DNA from: an uncultured Candidatus Saccharibacteria bacterium
Lineage (GTDB): Bacteria > Patescibacteriota > Minisyncoccia > UBA6257
DNA: 64,000 nucleotides
Direction: 5' to 3'
Assembly: GCA_964479005.1 (NCBI GenBank)
Contig: CAYZJA010000001.1
Span: 160,001-224,000 of the forward strand
The translations under genes and the position numbers were made by a program. Numbering within the stretch: the first letter of the stretch is position 1; each line of letters starts with the position of its first letter. The notes beneath the pieces were generated by a model that was not told the origin of the DNA, searched no databases, and saw nothing but the letters and a program-made list of their open reading frames with translations. This document shows, piece by piece, positions 1 through 10,600 of the stretch.

Positions 1-3
1 GAT

Positions 4-990
4 TTGAAAGTTTTTGGAAGAGTTCCTTATATAAAAAGAGAAACAATTGTTGAAATTCCTAGTGTTATAGGTTATATCCTTGAACATATTTATAAGATTA
101 ATTTTGAAAGCCATAAATCATTTATTCCGTTGGTTATTTATAAACTTCCAAAAAAGATTATAGCTCAAGGCATAAAAGCGTTTGCAGACGATGAAGCAAA
201 TATAGAAGATTCCAGGATTAGATTTTATTCTTCTAACAAAAGATTGCTTTCCGGAATAAAAAGTTTAATGATTAAGAAATTTCCTGAATTTTCTGGTAAA
301 ATTGGCGAAATTAAAAAAAGCAAAAATTATCTAAGAGGAAGAGAATATATTAACTATTCTTTTTCGATTTTTTCAGGTGGACTTCAAGCATACTATAATT
401 TAATTGGCTTTTCGCATTATGAGAAAGCGAGGATTTTAAAAAGAATTATTGAGAGAAAGGGGAGGGTATGGAAAAGAAGGAATAAAGATATTACGAAATT
501 ATTAATACTACAAATTTTAAGGAACAAGAATAAAATGATAAAAGAAATTTCTAGTGAGATTGGTATTACTACAAGCATTACAAGATGTCATCTTGAAGGG
601 AACAGTACTACGGGAATATTATCCTTGAAAAAGATGGGTTATGTTAAAGATATGGGTTTTAGTAGAACGAAAGCTAAAATTTGGGGCATTACTGACAAAG
701 GAATAAATTTCTTGAGAGAAAACGTACATAAGTTAAATAAATTTTCAATCGAAGGAAATATTTCCAAGTTCTATTTAAAAATAGTTAGAAGATTCTCATT
801 AGTTATGCCTTCCTACATAGCTAAACTGCCTTCCTACATAGCTAAACAAAGAAGTTGCAGAAATGATACAGCGAGTAAGCAACTATTGAAATTATATAGA
901 AGTAATTATTTAAAAAGGAATAGATGCTCTAAAGAAGAATATAGCTATACATTAACCAATAAAGGGATTAAATTTTTAGTAAGTGGGTAG
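4..990 (+). CDS. hypothetical DNA-binding protein with winged-helix (MarR/PadR-like) C-terminal region; possible LAGLIDADG-like block; 5' end may lie outside the window
   Basis: The ORF opens at the window edge (first in-frame codon is TTG at 4). 'ILRNKNKMIKEISSEIGITTSITRCHLE' and the C-terminal 'YSYTLTNKGIKFL' resemble wHTH recognition and wing segments. 'KAFADDEANI..IRFYSSNKRLLSGIKSLM' weakly resembles the context of LAGLIDADG block E. A 21-bp tandem duplication at 808-849 encodes PSYIAKL/PSYIAKQ. Confidence 0.35.
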   Translation: MKVFGRVPYIKRETIVEIPSVIGYILEHIYKINFESHKSFIPLVIYKLPKKIIAQGIKAFADDEANIEDSRIRFYSSNKRLLSGIKSLMIKKFPEFSGKIGEIKKSKNYLRGREYINYSFSIFSGGLQAYYNLIGFSHYEKARILKRIIERKGRVWKRRNKDITKLLILQILRNKNKMIKEISSEIGITTSITRCHLEGNSTTGILSLKKMGYVKDMGFSRTKAKIWGITDKGINFLRENVHKLNKFSIEGNISKFYLKIVRRFSLVMPSYIAKLPSYIAKQRSCRNDTASKQLLKLYRSNYLKRNRCSKEEYSYTLTNKGIKFLVSG

Positions 991-1020
991 GTTTTAAAAA
1001 TTAAGAATTAAAAATTTATA

Positions 1021-2238
1021 ATGAGGATTAATGATATTATTCTTAAGATAATTTCTGATTCAAGAGGGCAAGAAACTTTAAAGGCCACGATGAAAAGTGG
1101 TAATATTGAAGTGGATTCCAGTGTTCCTCAAGGAAAAAGTAAAGGGGAAAAAGAAGTTTATATTTTAGAACCGCATTCAGCTATTAGAAAATTTGAAATA
1201 ATTAAAAATCAGATTATAAATACTGAATTTGCTAGCTTAAAAGAATTTGATAATTATTTATTAAGGTTGGATGGAACAGAAAATAAAAGTAATCTTGGTG
1301 GAAATTTAATTTTGGTTTTATCGCAAGCATTTTGCCGTTTAGCGGCAAAAAGTGAAAGATTAGAACTTTGGCAGTATTTAGAAAAACAATTATCTATTTC
1401 TAAAGAAAAAAAAGCGCCGTATCTTTTATTTAATTTGATTAACGGAGGCAAGCATGCCATTTATGGGCCAAAAATTCAAGAATATATGATTGTTCCTCAA
1501 GTTGATAATCCAAAAGTTTCTTTAGAGGTTGCTCAAATATTCTTTGTCGGGTTAAAGGAATATTTCAAGAAAGAATATGGAGAGAATAAATTTGGCGATG
1601 AAGGGGGATTGTTAATTTTTGGGGATGATTATGAAAAACCTTTAAAAATTCTTAATCAAATCAAAGAAGAATTAAATTTAAAGAATAAAATAGAATTTTC
1701 ATTAGATATTGCAGCGTCCTCTTTTTATAACAAAGAGAAGGAGGTGTATTTATTGGAAAAAGATAAAAGTTTTTCAAAAGAAGAATTAGGGCAAATATAT
1801 AAAAAACTTATTTCCGAATACGGTATTCTTTCTTTAGAAGATCCTTTTGAAGAGAATGATTGGGAAAGTTTTCAGAAATTAACTTCTGAAATAGGGGATA
1901 AAACTATAATAATAGGAGACGATTTAACAGTAACTAATCCAGAGTTAGTTAAGAAGGCTGTGGAAATGAAAACAATTACTGGAGTGATTATAAAGCTTAC
2001 ACAAATAGGAACTGTTTCTGAAACTTTAAAAACAATTGATTTGGCTAATAAACATGATTTAAGGATTGTTATAAGCCATCGGAGCGCAGAAACTAATGAT
2101 GATTTTATTGCGGATTTGGCATTGGCAAGCAGGGCATGGGGGCTGAAGGCTGGAGCTCCCAATCAAGAGGAAAGAATGGTAAAATACAATAGAATGATAA
2201 AAATTCATGAAGAAAATAATATTTTTAGAGGCAACTGA
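1021..2238 (+). CDS. eno: enolase (phosphopyruvate hydratase)
   Basis: The N-terminal 'IISDSRGQETLKA' and the enolase signature 'ISHRSAETNDDFIADLALA' are present, at 405 aa. Confidence 0.9.
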   Translation: MRINDIILKIISDSRGQETLKATMKSGNIEVDSSVPQGKSKGEKEVYILEPHSAIRKFEIIKNQIINTEFASLKEFDNYLLRLDGTENKSNLGGNLILVLSQAFCRLAAKSERLELWQYLEKQLSISKEKKAPYLLFNLINGGKHAIYGPKIQEYMIVPQVDNPKVSLEVAQIFFVGLKEYFKKEYGENKFGDEGGLLIFGDDYEKPLKILNQIKEELNLKNKIEFSLDIAASSFYNKEKEVYLLEKDKSFSKEELGQIYKKLISEYGILSLEDPFEENDWESFQKLTSEIGDKTIIIGDDLTVTNPELVKKAVEMKTITGVIIKLTQIGTVSETLKTIDLANKHDLRIVISHRSAETNDDFIADLALASRAWGLKAGAPNQEERMVKYNRMIKIHEENNIFRGN

Positions 2239-3220
2239 TTGGGAAAAAGAAACCCTTCAAAAGTATCCTGATTTTTTGGAGAGAGTGGATTTTTCTTCGG
2301 AAAAACTTACTTTGGAAAATGCCAAAGAATTTAAGGATTATGAAGTTGTTTCTATTTTTATTAGTTCTCAGTTGTCAGCAGAGGCGTTGGGGCAACTGGA
2401 AAATTTAAAATTTATTGCCACTCGTTCTACTGGTTTTGATCATATTGATTTAGATTATTGTAAGAAAAAAGAAATTTTAGTAGCTAATGTTCCTGCTTAT
2501 GGAAGCCATACTGTGGCTGAATATACTTTTGCTTTACTTTTATGTTTAATAAGAAAAGTTTATAATGCTTATCATCGTGTTAGAGAAACAGGGAGTTTTT
2601 CTCTTGAGAGCTTGCGAGGTGAAGAATTGTTTGAAAAAACTATAGGAATAATAGGAACAGGACGAATTGGCACTGAGGTGATAAAAATAGCAAAAGGATT
2701 TTCAATGAATATAATCGCTTGTGATAAATATCCAAAAGAAGGATTGACTGAGCAATTAGGTTTTAAATACGTTTCTTTTGAAGAATTATTGTCCCAATCA
2801 GATATAATCACTTTGCATGTTCCTTATAATAAAGAGACACATCATTTATTAAATAAAGATAGTTTATCAAAAACAAAGAAAGGGGTTTATATTATTAATA
2901 CTGCTCGCGGCGGGATAATAGAAACGCAAGCACTTTATCAGGCATTAAAGAAAGGTCAGATAGGAGGCGCGGCATTAGATGTTTTGGAAGAAGAAGGCGA
3001 TTTAAAAGAAGAACAAAGAATGCTTTTAGAAAAAGAAAATATTCCTCCAGAAAAATTAAAAACACTTTTAGCTAATCATATTTTTATTGATTTGGATAAT
3101 GTGATTATTTCTCCCCATAATGCTTTTAATACAAAAGAAGCGCTTCAGAATATCGTTGTTACAACTGTTGAGAATATTGAGAGTTATTTAAACAAAAAAC
3201 CAATAAATCTTGTAAACTAA
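2207..3220 (+). CDS. D-isomer-specific 2-hydroxyacid dehydrogenase family protein (D-lactate/phosphoglycerate dehydrogenase-like)
   Basis: The Rossmann motif 'IGIIGTGRIGTEVIKIA' and the family architecture are present. It overlaps the eno 3' end by 32 nt, so the true start may be an internal ATG. Confidence 0.8.
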   Translation: MKKIIFLEATDWEKETLQKYPDFLERVDFSSEKLTLENAKEFKDYEVVSIFISSQLSAEALGQLENLKFIATRSTGFDHIDLDYCKKKEILVANVPAYGSHTVAEYTFALLLCLIRKVYNAYHRVRETGSFSLESLRGEELFEKTIGIIGTGRIGTEVIKIAKGFSMNIIACDKYPKEGLTEQLGFKYVSFEELLSQSDIITLHVPYNKETHHLLNKDSLSKTKKGVYIINTARGGIIETQALYQALKKGQIGGAALDVLEEEGDLKEEQRMLLEKENIPPEKLKTLLANHIFIDLDNVIISPHNAFNTKEALQNIVVTTVENIESYLNKKPINLVN

Positions 3221-3224
3221 AATT

Positions 3225-3584
3225 ATGTTAAAAGAAGATTGTCTTTTTTGTAAAATTATTAAAGGAGAAATCCCTTCAAAGAAATATTACGAAGATAATA
3301 ATTTTTTGGCTATTTTTGACATTAATCCTATTAGTGAAGGGCATCTTGTAGTATTTTCTAAAAATCATTATTCTAATATTGAAGAAATGCCTGAACAAGA
3401 ATGGCAAAAAATCTGCGTTTTAGCCCGTAATTTAGCAGAAAAACATATAAAAGAAATAAAGGCTGATGGATATAATTTTTTAACTAATCAAGGTGAAGCA
3501 GCTCAATCAGGCATTGCTCACCGTCCTCATATTCATATTATTCCCCGTCGTTTTAATGATGGATTAAAAATTGACCCAAGGTAG
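3225..3584 (+). CDS. HIT-family (histidine triad) nucleotide hydrolase
   Basis: The histidine triad 'HRPHIHIIPR' sits at the C-terminus of a 119-aa protein. Confidence 0.8.
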   Translation: MLKEDCLFCKIIKGEIPSKKYYEDNNFLAIFDINPISEGHLVVFSKNHYSNIEEMPEQEWQKICVLARNLAEKHIKEIKADGYNFLTNQGEAAQSGIAHRPHIHIIPRRFNDGLKIDPR

Positions 3585-3705
3585 TTTTTAACAAAGGTTT
3601 GGAATATTATCTCAAAAACACGCTAATCGCTATCGTTTTTTTTCAACAACATTCCGAACCTTTTATGGCTTCAGTTTAAAAATCAAAGCATTAAATTGTT
3701 ATTAA

Positions 3706-4527
3706 ATGAAGAATAAAATTGTAATTTTAGATTTTGATGGCACTTTAACTCTGGCAGATGAAGAAGCAAAACCGTTTTTGATTAATTTTAAAAAGGATAT
3801 TGCTAATCTACTAAATAAGAAAGATATAGATAAAGAATGGAAAAAGGCAGAAAGAGAAATTTTGCAAAATCCTAGTGGATATGGCTGGAAATATAAAGGA
3901 AAAATAGTTGCTCCTCCAAATGCAGATGATTATGTATTAGCGACAGTTATAGCCAAATTTCTTTTAGATAAAGCGGGGGTTTTAATGGATATGAATGAAA
4001 GAGATAACATTCTTCAGCAGATCTATCAGCAAAATTATTCGAAAAGCGATATTGCTTTTAAAAAACAGGCAAAAGAAGTTTTAGAAGAATTAATTAAAAG
4101 AATGCCTGTTTTTATCGTGACCAATTCCAATTCAGAAGCTGTTGCTAATAAAATAGAAAAATTAAATCCTCGTGGTAAAGAAAAAATTGCACTTTTTGGT
4201 GATGCCAAAAAATATGTTATTGATTTTAAATTTGATGCTGTTCCTGAAAATATGACAATAAATGGCTTGAATAGAGTCATTTTTCTAAGGAGAAAAAAAT
4301 ATTTTGATGTTTTAAATAAAATTTGGAAAGCAACTATTACAAAACCTGAACAAACCTTGATAATAGGTGATATTTTTGAACTGGATTTAGCTTTACCTGC
4401 CATACTTGGTTGTAATATTTTCTTAATTGCTAATTCTAATACGCCATCCTGTGAAAAAGAGGCCGTGAGTCATTTATTTAAGGGTTATGTGAGTGAAGAT
4501 ATCAAAGATATATTAAAGGTAATTTAA
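3706..4527 (+). CDS. HAD-superfamily hydrolase
   Basis: HAD motif I 'IVILDFDGTLT' at the N-terminus, plus downstream 'IVTNS' and 'IGDIFELD' motifs. Confidence 0.6.
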   Translation: MKNKIVILDFDGTLTLADEEAKPFLINFKKDIANLLNKKDIDKEWKKAEREILQNPSGYGWKYKGKIVAPPNADDYVLATVIAKFLLDKAGVLMDMNERDNILQQIYQQNYSKSDIAFKKQAKEVLEELIKRMPVFIVTNSNSEAVANKIEKLNPRGKEKIALFGDAKKYVIDFKFDAVPENMTINGLNRVIFLRRKKYFDVLNKIWKATITKPEQTLIIGDIFELDLALPAILGCNIFLIANSNTPSCEKEAVSHLFKGYVSEDIKDILKVI

Positions 4528-4546
4528 AATTAAAAATTATTATTGT

Positions 4547-6319
4547 ATGTGTGGAATTATTGCTTATAAAGGAAAAGAAGACGCTACTTCAATTGTTATA
4601 AATGGTTTAAAGCATCTTGAGTATAGGGGGTATGATTCTTGGGGTATAGTCTATTTAAATAATCAAAAAGCTCATTTATTAAAAAAAGTTGGAAAGATTG
4701 GTGAGTTTCAAGGACTAAATAATCTTTCAAGTTCTTCTATAGCCATTGGCCAAAACCGCTGGGCAACTCATGGTAAAGTTTCAGTAGCTAATGCTCATCC
4801 TCATTTTTCCTGCGATAAAAATATTTTTGTTGTTCATAATGGGATTGTTGAAAACTATGAAGTATTGAAAGAAAAATTAATTAAAAAAGGACATCATTTT
4901 GTTTCCCAAACTGATACAGAAGTTATTCCTCATTTAATTGAAGAATACAGAAAAAAGAATAGTTTTGTTGCTTCTTGTGAAAAAACTTTTCGTCAATTGA
5001 AAGGTTTATTTGCTATTGTTGTTTTAGATAAAAAAACAGGAGAAATTATTGGAACTAGAAAAGGTTCTCCTTTGGTAATGGGAATTAGCGACAAAGGACT
5101 TTTTTTGGCTTCAGATGTACCAGCTTTTTTAAATAAAACAAACAAGGTTATATTTTTAGATGACGGGGATATGGTGCATATTATTGATGATAAAACATAT
5201 CAAATTAAAAATTTATCTTCAAAAAAGATACTGAAAAAGAAAATAGATACGATTAAATGGACTCAAGAAGAAGCGGAAAAAGGAAAACATCCGCATTTTA
5301 TGATAAAGGAAATAAAAGAAATACCAGAAGCTATTGAAAAAGCTGTTTGTCAGGATAATAAGAAATTACGATTAATAGCAGGTTTAATAAACAAGAGTCC
5401 TAATTTGTTTTTTGTAGCTTGCGGTACTGCAGGACATGCTTGTTTAGCCGGTCAATATTTATTTTCTTCAGTAGGAAAGCCAACTGGTTTTAGCGCTGCG
5501 AGTGAATTTAAAAATTTTCTACCGACATTAGATAAAAAAACTTTGTTAATCGCTGTTTCACAGAGTGGGGAAACCATTGATGTGATAGAAGCTGTAAAAA
5601 AAGCTAAAGAAAAAGGTATAAAGGTGGTATCTTTGGTAAATGTGATGGGATCTACTTTAACAAGGATAAGTGATTATGTTTTGATGATTAATGCTGGTCC
5701 GGAAAAATGCGTTTTGGCGACAAAAAGTTATTTATCTCAATTAAGTTTGATCATTTTACTTTTTTATTCTATCTTTGGCCAATATAAAAAAGGAGAAAAA
5801 GATTTAAAAAAGATAAGCCGAGAAATAAATCAGCTAATAGAGAATAAATTATTTATTTCTAAAATTAAAAAATTAGCTAAAAAATTATCTTTAGTTAAGC
5901 ATATTTATGTAATTGGGAGAAGTTATAATTACCCAACTACATTAGAAACCGCTTTAAAAATTAAAGAAGGTTGTTATATTCATACTGAGGCTTTTGCAGG
6001 CGGAGAATTAAAGCATGGAGTAATTGCTTTAATACAAAAAGGAACACCTTGCATAATTCATTTGTCAAAAGGCGATGAAGAAGAAAATACTTTAATAAAC
6101 GCGATGGAATTAAAAAGCCGGGGAGCTTATATTATAGGCATAGGGCCTGAACAGAAAAAAGATTTTGATTTTTTTGTTGAAGTTTCAGAAGTTGAAGAAA
6201 TCTTTTCTTTATTGGTAAATATCGTTCCAATTATGCTTTTGAGTTATTATATTGCCTTGGAAAAAGATATAGATCCAGATAAACCGCGTAATTTAGCAAA
6301 AAGTGTTACAGTCAAATAA
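4547..6319 (+). CDS. glmS: glutamine--fructose-6-phosphate aminotransferase
   Basis: 'MCGIIAY' class-II amidotransferase nucleophile, two SIS domains, 590 aa, ending 'AKSVTVK'-like (cf. GlmS 'AKSVTVE'). Confidence 0.95.
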   Translation: MCGIIAYKGKEDATSIVINGLKHLEYRGYDSWGIVYLNNQKAHLLKKVGKIGEFQGLNNLSSSSIAIGQNRWATHGKVSVANAHPHFSCDKNIFVVHNGIVENYEVLKEKLIKKGHHFVSQTDTEVIPHLIEEYRKKNSFVASCEKTFRQLKGLFAIVVLDKKTGEIIGTRKGSPLVMGISDKGLFLASDVPAFLNKTNKVIFLDDGDMVHIIDDKTYQIKNLSSKKILKKKIDTIKWTQEEAEKGKHPHFMIKEIKEIPEAIEKAVCQDNKKLRLIAGLINKSPNLFFVACGTAGHACLAGQYLFSSVGKPTGFSAASEFKNFLPTLDKKTLLIAVSQSGETIDVIEAVKKAKEKGIKVVSLVNVMGSTLTRISDYVLMINAGPEKCVLATKSYLSQLSLIILLFYSIFGQYKKGEKDLKKISREINQLIENKLFISKIKKLAKKLSLVKHIYVIGRSYNYPTTLETALKIKEGCYIHTEAFAGGELKHGVIALIQKGTPCIIHLSKGDEEENTLINAMELKSRGAYIIGIGPEQKKDFDFFVEVSEVEEIFSLLVNIVPIMLLSYYIALEKDIDPDKPRNLAKSVTVK

Positions 6320-6333
6320 ATTGCTAAATTGTT

Positions 6334-6897
6334 TCATTGCTGAACTCTTGCCACATAGCTTATTGTTTCCGTATTAATAATTAATATATCCCCTTCTTTT
6401 ATAAAGATTGGGGTGTTAATTTTTAATCCAGTTTCTAAAACAACTGTTTTAATGGCGCCTGAAACAGTATTTCCTTTTATTGCCGGTGGTGCTTCAATAA
6501 CTTTTAATTCAACTTTTGTTGGTATATTAATATTAATTGGTTTTTCATCAAGAAAGATAATTGAAATTTCACTCTCTTTTTTTAAAAATTGAATAGATTC
6601 TTTTACTTTTTCCAATGGAAAGCTGATTCGCTCTTTGCTATCTTTTAGTTGGAAAACAGCTGATTTTCTATCACTATATAGGTAAAAGGCGGATTGATAT
6701 TGAACTTCAATCTTTTTAAATTTATCCCCAGAGCGAAATGTTTTTTCTAAAACTTTTCCCGTTTGGAAATTTTTTAACTCAGTTCTCATTACGGCTCCTC
6801 CTTTTCCAGGTTTATAAAATTGAAAATCGACGATTTGCCAAGGCTCGCCATTAACATTAATAACCATTCCTTTTTCAAAATCTGAAGTAGATATCAT
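6334..6897 (-). CDS. efp: elongation factor P
   Basis: 'MISTSDFEKGMVINVNGEPWQIVDFQFYKPGKGGAVMRTELKN' is a typical EF-P N-terminus and KPGKG loop. Confidence 0.9.
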   Translation of the reverse strand: MISTSDFEKGMVINVNGEPWQIVDFQFYKPGKGGAVMRTELKNFQTGKVLEKTFRSGDKFKKIEVQYQSAFYLYSDRKSAVFQLKDSKERISFPLEKVKESIQFLKKESEISIIFLDEKPININIPTKVELKVIEAPPAIKGNTVSGAIKTVVLETGLKINTPIFIKEGDILIINTETISYVARVQQ

Positions 6898-6938
6898 ATT
6901 ATTGATTTCTGATTAAACTGATGTTATGATATTCTTTA

Positions 6939-7418
6939 ATGGATATTTCGTCAAGCATTTTTCTTTTAAGTTTGAAGGGGTTAATCTTAGCTGCCGCTCT
7001 TGGCGCTTTAATTGGTCTTGAGAGAGAATGGGCTCAAAGAGCAGCAGGATTAAGAACATTTTCTTTAATTAGCTTGGGAGCTGCTTTATTTGTAATGATT
7101 TCCCGTTTGAGTTTTAGTCAGTATTTAGGAATATCAAGTTTAGATCCTTCACGAACTTTAGGACAGATTATTGTTGGAATAGGATTTTTAGGAGCTGGAA
7201 TTATTATTTTTAGGCAAAGAGAGGGTAAAGTTGAGGGGTTAACTACAGCAGCAATGATGTGGGTAACAGCTGCTGTAGGAGCAGCAGTAGGATTAGAATT
7301 ATATTGGTTAGCGATATCTGTTACCGTATTGATTGTTTTGATTAATTTTGTTGTTTTACCACTTGAAAAACGATTAGAAAAAAAGATTGAGAAAATAAAA
7401 AACGGAAAAGAAGAATAG
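6939..7418 (+). CDS. MgtC/SapB-family membrane protein
   Basis: 'AAALGALIGLEREWAQRAAGLRTFSLISLGAALF' is the MgtC signature, with hydrophobic helices. Confidence 0.7.
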   Translation: MDISSSIFLLSLKGLILAAALGALIGLEREWAQRAAGLRTFSLISLGAALFVMISRLSFSQYLGISSLDPSRTLGQIIVGIGFLGAGIIIFRQREGKVEGLTTAAMMWVTAAVGAAVGLELYWLAISVTVLIVLINFVVLPLEKRLEKKIEKIKNGKEE

Positions 7419-7460
7419 TTATTGCCCCCACGTTAAACGTGGGACAGGTACGTTAAACGT

Positions 7461-7531
7461 GCCCCCATAGCTTAACGGAAAAGCAGTTGCCTTTTAAGCA
7501 ATTGATGGAAGTTCGATTCTTCCTGGGGGCA
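7461..7531 (+). tRNA. tRNA-Lys (anticodon UUU)
   Basis: Manual fold: acceptor GCCCCCA/TGGGGGC (7 bp), D-stem GCTT/AAGC, anticodon stem GTTGC/GCAAT with loop CTTTTAA (UUU), T-stem GGAAG/CTTCC with loop TTCGATT, discriminator A. No CCA is encoded. Confidence 0.85.
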
Positions 7532-7581
7532 CTATTAAATCGTCAATTAATTGATGATTTTTTTATTTTAAAAATAAATTG

Positions 7582-7590
7582 TGGTATAAT
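7582..7590 (+). promoter_or_regulatory. extended -10 element TGGTATAAT upstream of the large surface-protein gene
   Basis: TGnTATAAT lies 31 nt upstream of ATG 7621. The same TGGTATAAT recurs at 32071 and 45367 upstream of other genes. Confidence 0.35.
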
Positions 7591-7620
7591 TATTTAATAA
7601 TATTAAAATGTTATAAAAAG

Positions 7621-10600
7621 ATGAGTTTTAATAGATCTATAAAAATTTCTGTTGTATTTTTAGTTATTTTCGCTTGGGTATTAAATAGCTTTCCTTTGAA
7701 AGCGGCTGACGGTTCTGGTACAAATGTTGTTGATCCGATTACTGCTACGGCCAGCGCTACAGATAAAACTTTTGATTTTACTTTTACTGCGGCAGAAACA
7801 ATGGATTCTGGCGAGATTTCAATAGCAGTGCCTAGTGGCTGGTCTGCTCCACAAGATATATCAACAACAGTTGGTTATACAACAGCTGCTTCTACTGGTA
7901 TGACAGCTGATGTTTTAACCGCTTTAGATACTCATACTGGTTGGAGCACAGGCAGTAATATAGCCATTTCTGCTGATGGCGCTGATTATCAGGAGGGTTC
8001 ATATTCTATTTCAGCTGATATTGCTGTAGGAGCTCAGGCTGGTGAAAAGTGGTATTTTAACGAACCTGGAGCAAAAGATTTTGGCAGCGCCACAAAGATG
8101 ATTTTTTGGATTAAATCAAGTGTTAATACTAATGCTGGTGATTTGCAATTTGAGGTTGATGATTCTGCTGATTTAGCTTCGCCAGAAGAGACGGTTAATA
8201 TTCCAGCTTTAACAGTTGATACCTGGACTGAAGTAACAATTAGTTTAGGAGCAGCTCGCAGTTCAGTGCTTTCTTATGGAATCAAATACACTGTTGATAT
8301 TGGAGCAGCTACTGTGAAAATTGATGATATAAGGGCAATGTTTGATGATGCTGATGCTACTACTAGTTGGACTCAATCTGGTAGTGGAAAGATTACTATT
8401 AGCTCAGATGCAGCAATAAAAAAACAGGGTACAGCTTCAATCAAAGCTGCCTTTCTCCCTCAGGCTAAACCCTTGGATAAATATTTTTGGTCAAGCGCTA
8501 CACCGAGAAGTTTTGGTTCTTACGCTAGAGTTTCTTTTTGGATTTATTCGAGTAAGGCAACAGAAGCTGATGATTTGAAATGGGAGAATGATAATAGTAC
8601 AGGTCTAGCCTCGCCCGAAGATACTATTGGTCTTCCAGCCCTAGCTGCTACTACCTGGACCTATCTCCAGGTTACTCTTGGGGCAACCAGGACTTCGGTT
8701 CTCTCCCACGGTATTCACCAAGTAATTGACTTAGGAGCTCATAATGAATATGTTGACGCTATGGCTGTGCAGGTTAATGCAGCTGAATCAACTACTAATT
8801 GGACAAAGACCTCTCCAATGGTTTTAAGCACTGATACAACTGTTTATCATGAAAATGCTGCGTCTTTGAAAAATATTGTAGCAGTTACTGCTGGAACTGG
8901 AGATGAATGGTGGTATAATTTAGGAGCTGCAGATGATTGGTCAAGTTATACTAATGTTGGTTTTTGGATTCGTTCAACAGTTAATACTTCTGGTGGAAAT
9001 TTACAATTTGAATATGATGATAATACTGATTTAGCTTCTCCAATTGCTTCTCTTGATATTGGCGCTTTAACTGCTAATACCTGGTCTTATCAAAATTTAA
9101 CTTTAACTGATACTCGAACAACTATTAATAGTTATGGTTTTAAATATACTACTGATGTAGGAGCAGTTATTATTAATGCTGATGATATTCTTTTGGGTCC
9201 TGGAGAACCAAGTTTTTCTGGAAGCGGACCGTGGGATATTAATGTAAGAATTTTAGCTTTAGCTAATACAGAAACAATTACTGTGACTTATGGTGATAAT
9301 GCAGGTTCTGGAGGTGGAGTAACTGTTACTTCTGCAACTGGTGACGCTACTTTTACAACCAAATCCAGAATTTCTGATTCAGGAACTCTTACTAATATTG
9401 CCTCTTCTCCAGTTGTAACAGTCGGCACAGCACTGGTTGTTGATAATGTTCAGTTAAATGGTCAGGCTGCAATTGATTTAATTGAAAACACAACTAAATC
9501 TGTATCAGCTACAGCTAATATTTCTCATCCTACAGATTGTAATCTTATTACCAATGTAACATCTAAAATTTATCGTTCAGGTGTCACTAATAATAAAGAT
9601 TGCACATCTGATAATAATGATTGTTATAGTGTTGCTTCTTGCAGTAAAACTTCTTGCGTTGAAACAGAGGCTGTTTATACTTGTACGATTAATATGCAGT
9701 TTCACGCTGATCCGACTGATGAAGATGCAGAATATTGGAGAGCTTGGATTGAAGCAACTGATGGATCTTTGACAAATTCTAATTATAGTCCAGTTGACGC
9801 GCCTGATGTTAATACTTTACGGGCTCTGAATACTACTGCGACAATTAACTATGGAACATTAGATCCCGGACAAAATAGTACCTCGACAAATCAACAAATC
9901 ACAGTGACAAATACTGGCAATGATGCTATTGATATTAGACTTTATGGTATTGATATGACTTGGAACGGAAATACTATTGACACAGCTAATCAAGAATACA
10001 GTTTATCTCCATTTACTTATGGTTCTGGAAATTATCTTAAGGAAGCACCAAGCTATGATGATGTGGATGCTAATTTGCCAAAACCTACAGAATCGCCATC
10101 AAATTCGTCAGATATTTTTTATTGGGGACTAGGTATTCCTTCACCAATGCCTTCAGGTGGACCTTATCAGGGAACAAATACATTTGAAGCGATAAATGAT
10201 CAGGGGGTACTTGGTTGGTATAATCCATCTTGGGGATATAGAGTAAAAGTTACGGTTTTAGCATCAGAAGTTGACGCTGATTTAACTGATTATCCCGTAT
10301 ATGTAGATTTATCTAATTTACCAGCAGGATTTCATACTAATGTTAACCAGACAGATGCAAGGGATATTCGTGTTACGAAATATAATGGTACATTAGAAGT
10401 TCCAAGGGAAGTTGTTTTTTATGATTCAGCAACTGATACTGGGGAGTTACATTTTAAAGGAAATGTAGATGATGGTACAAATACTGATTTCTATATTTAT
10501 TATGGAAATGGTGGGGCAAGTGATTATGCGGTAGATGCAGAATTTGGGGCAGAAAATGTTTGGAATGCGAATGCCAAAATGGTTCAGCATATGAAAGATG

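Noticed and set aside
1254-2162. Nested or antisense ORFs inside eno (1254..1460 -, 1872..2162 -).
   Set aside because: They lie wholly within the strongly supported enolase CDS on the opposite strand.
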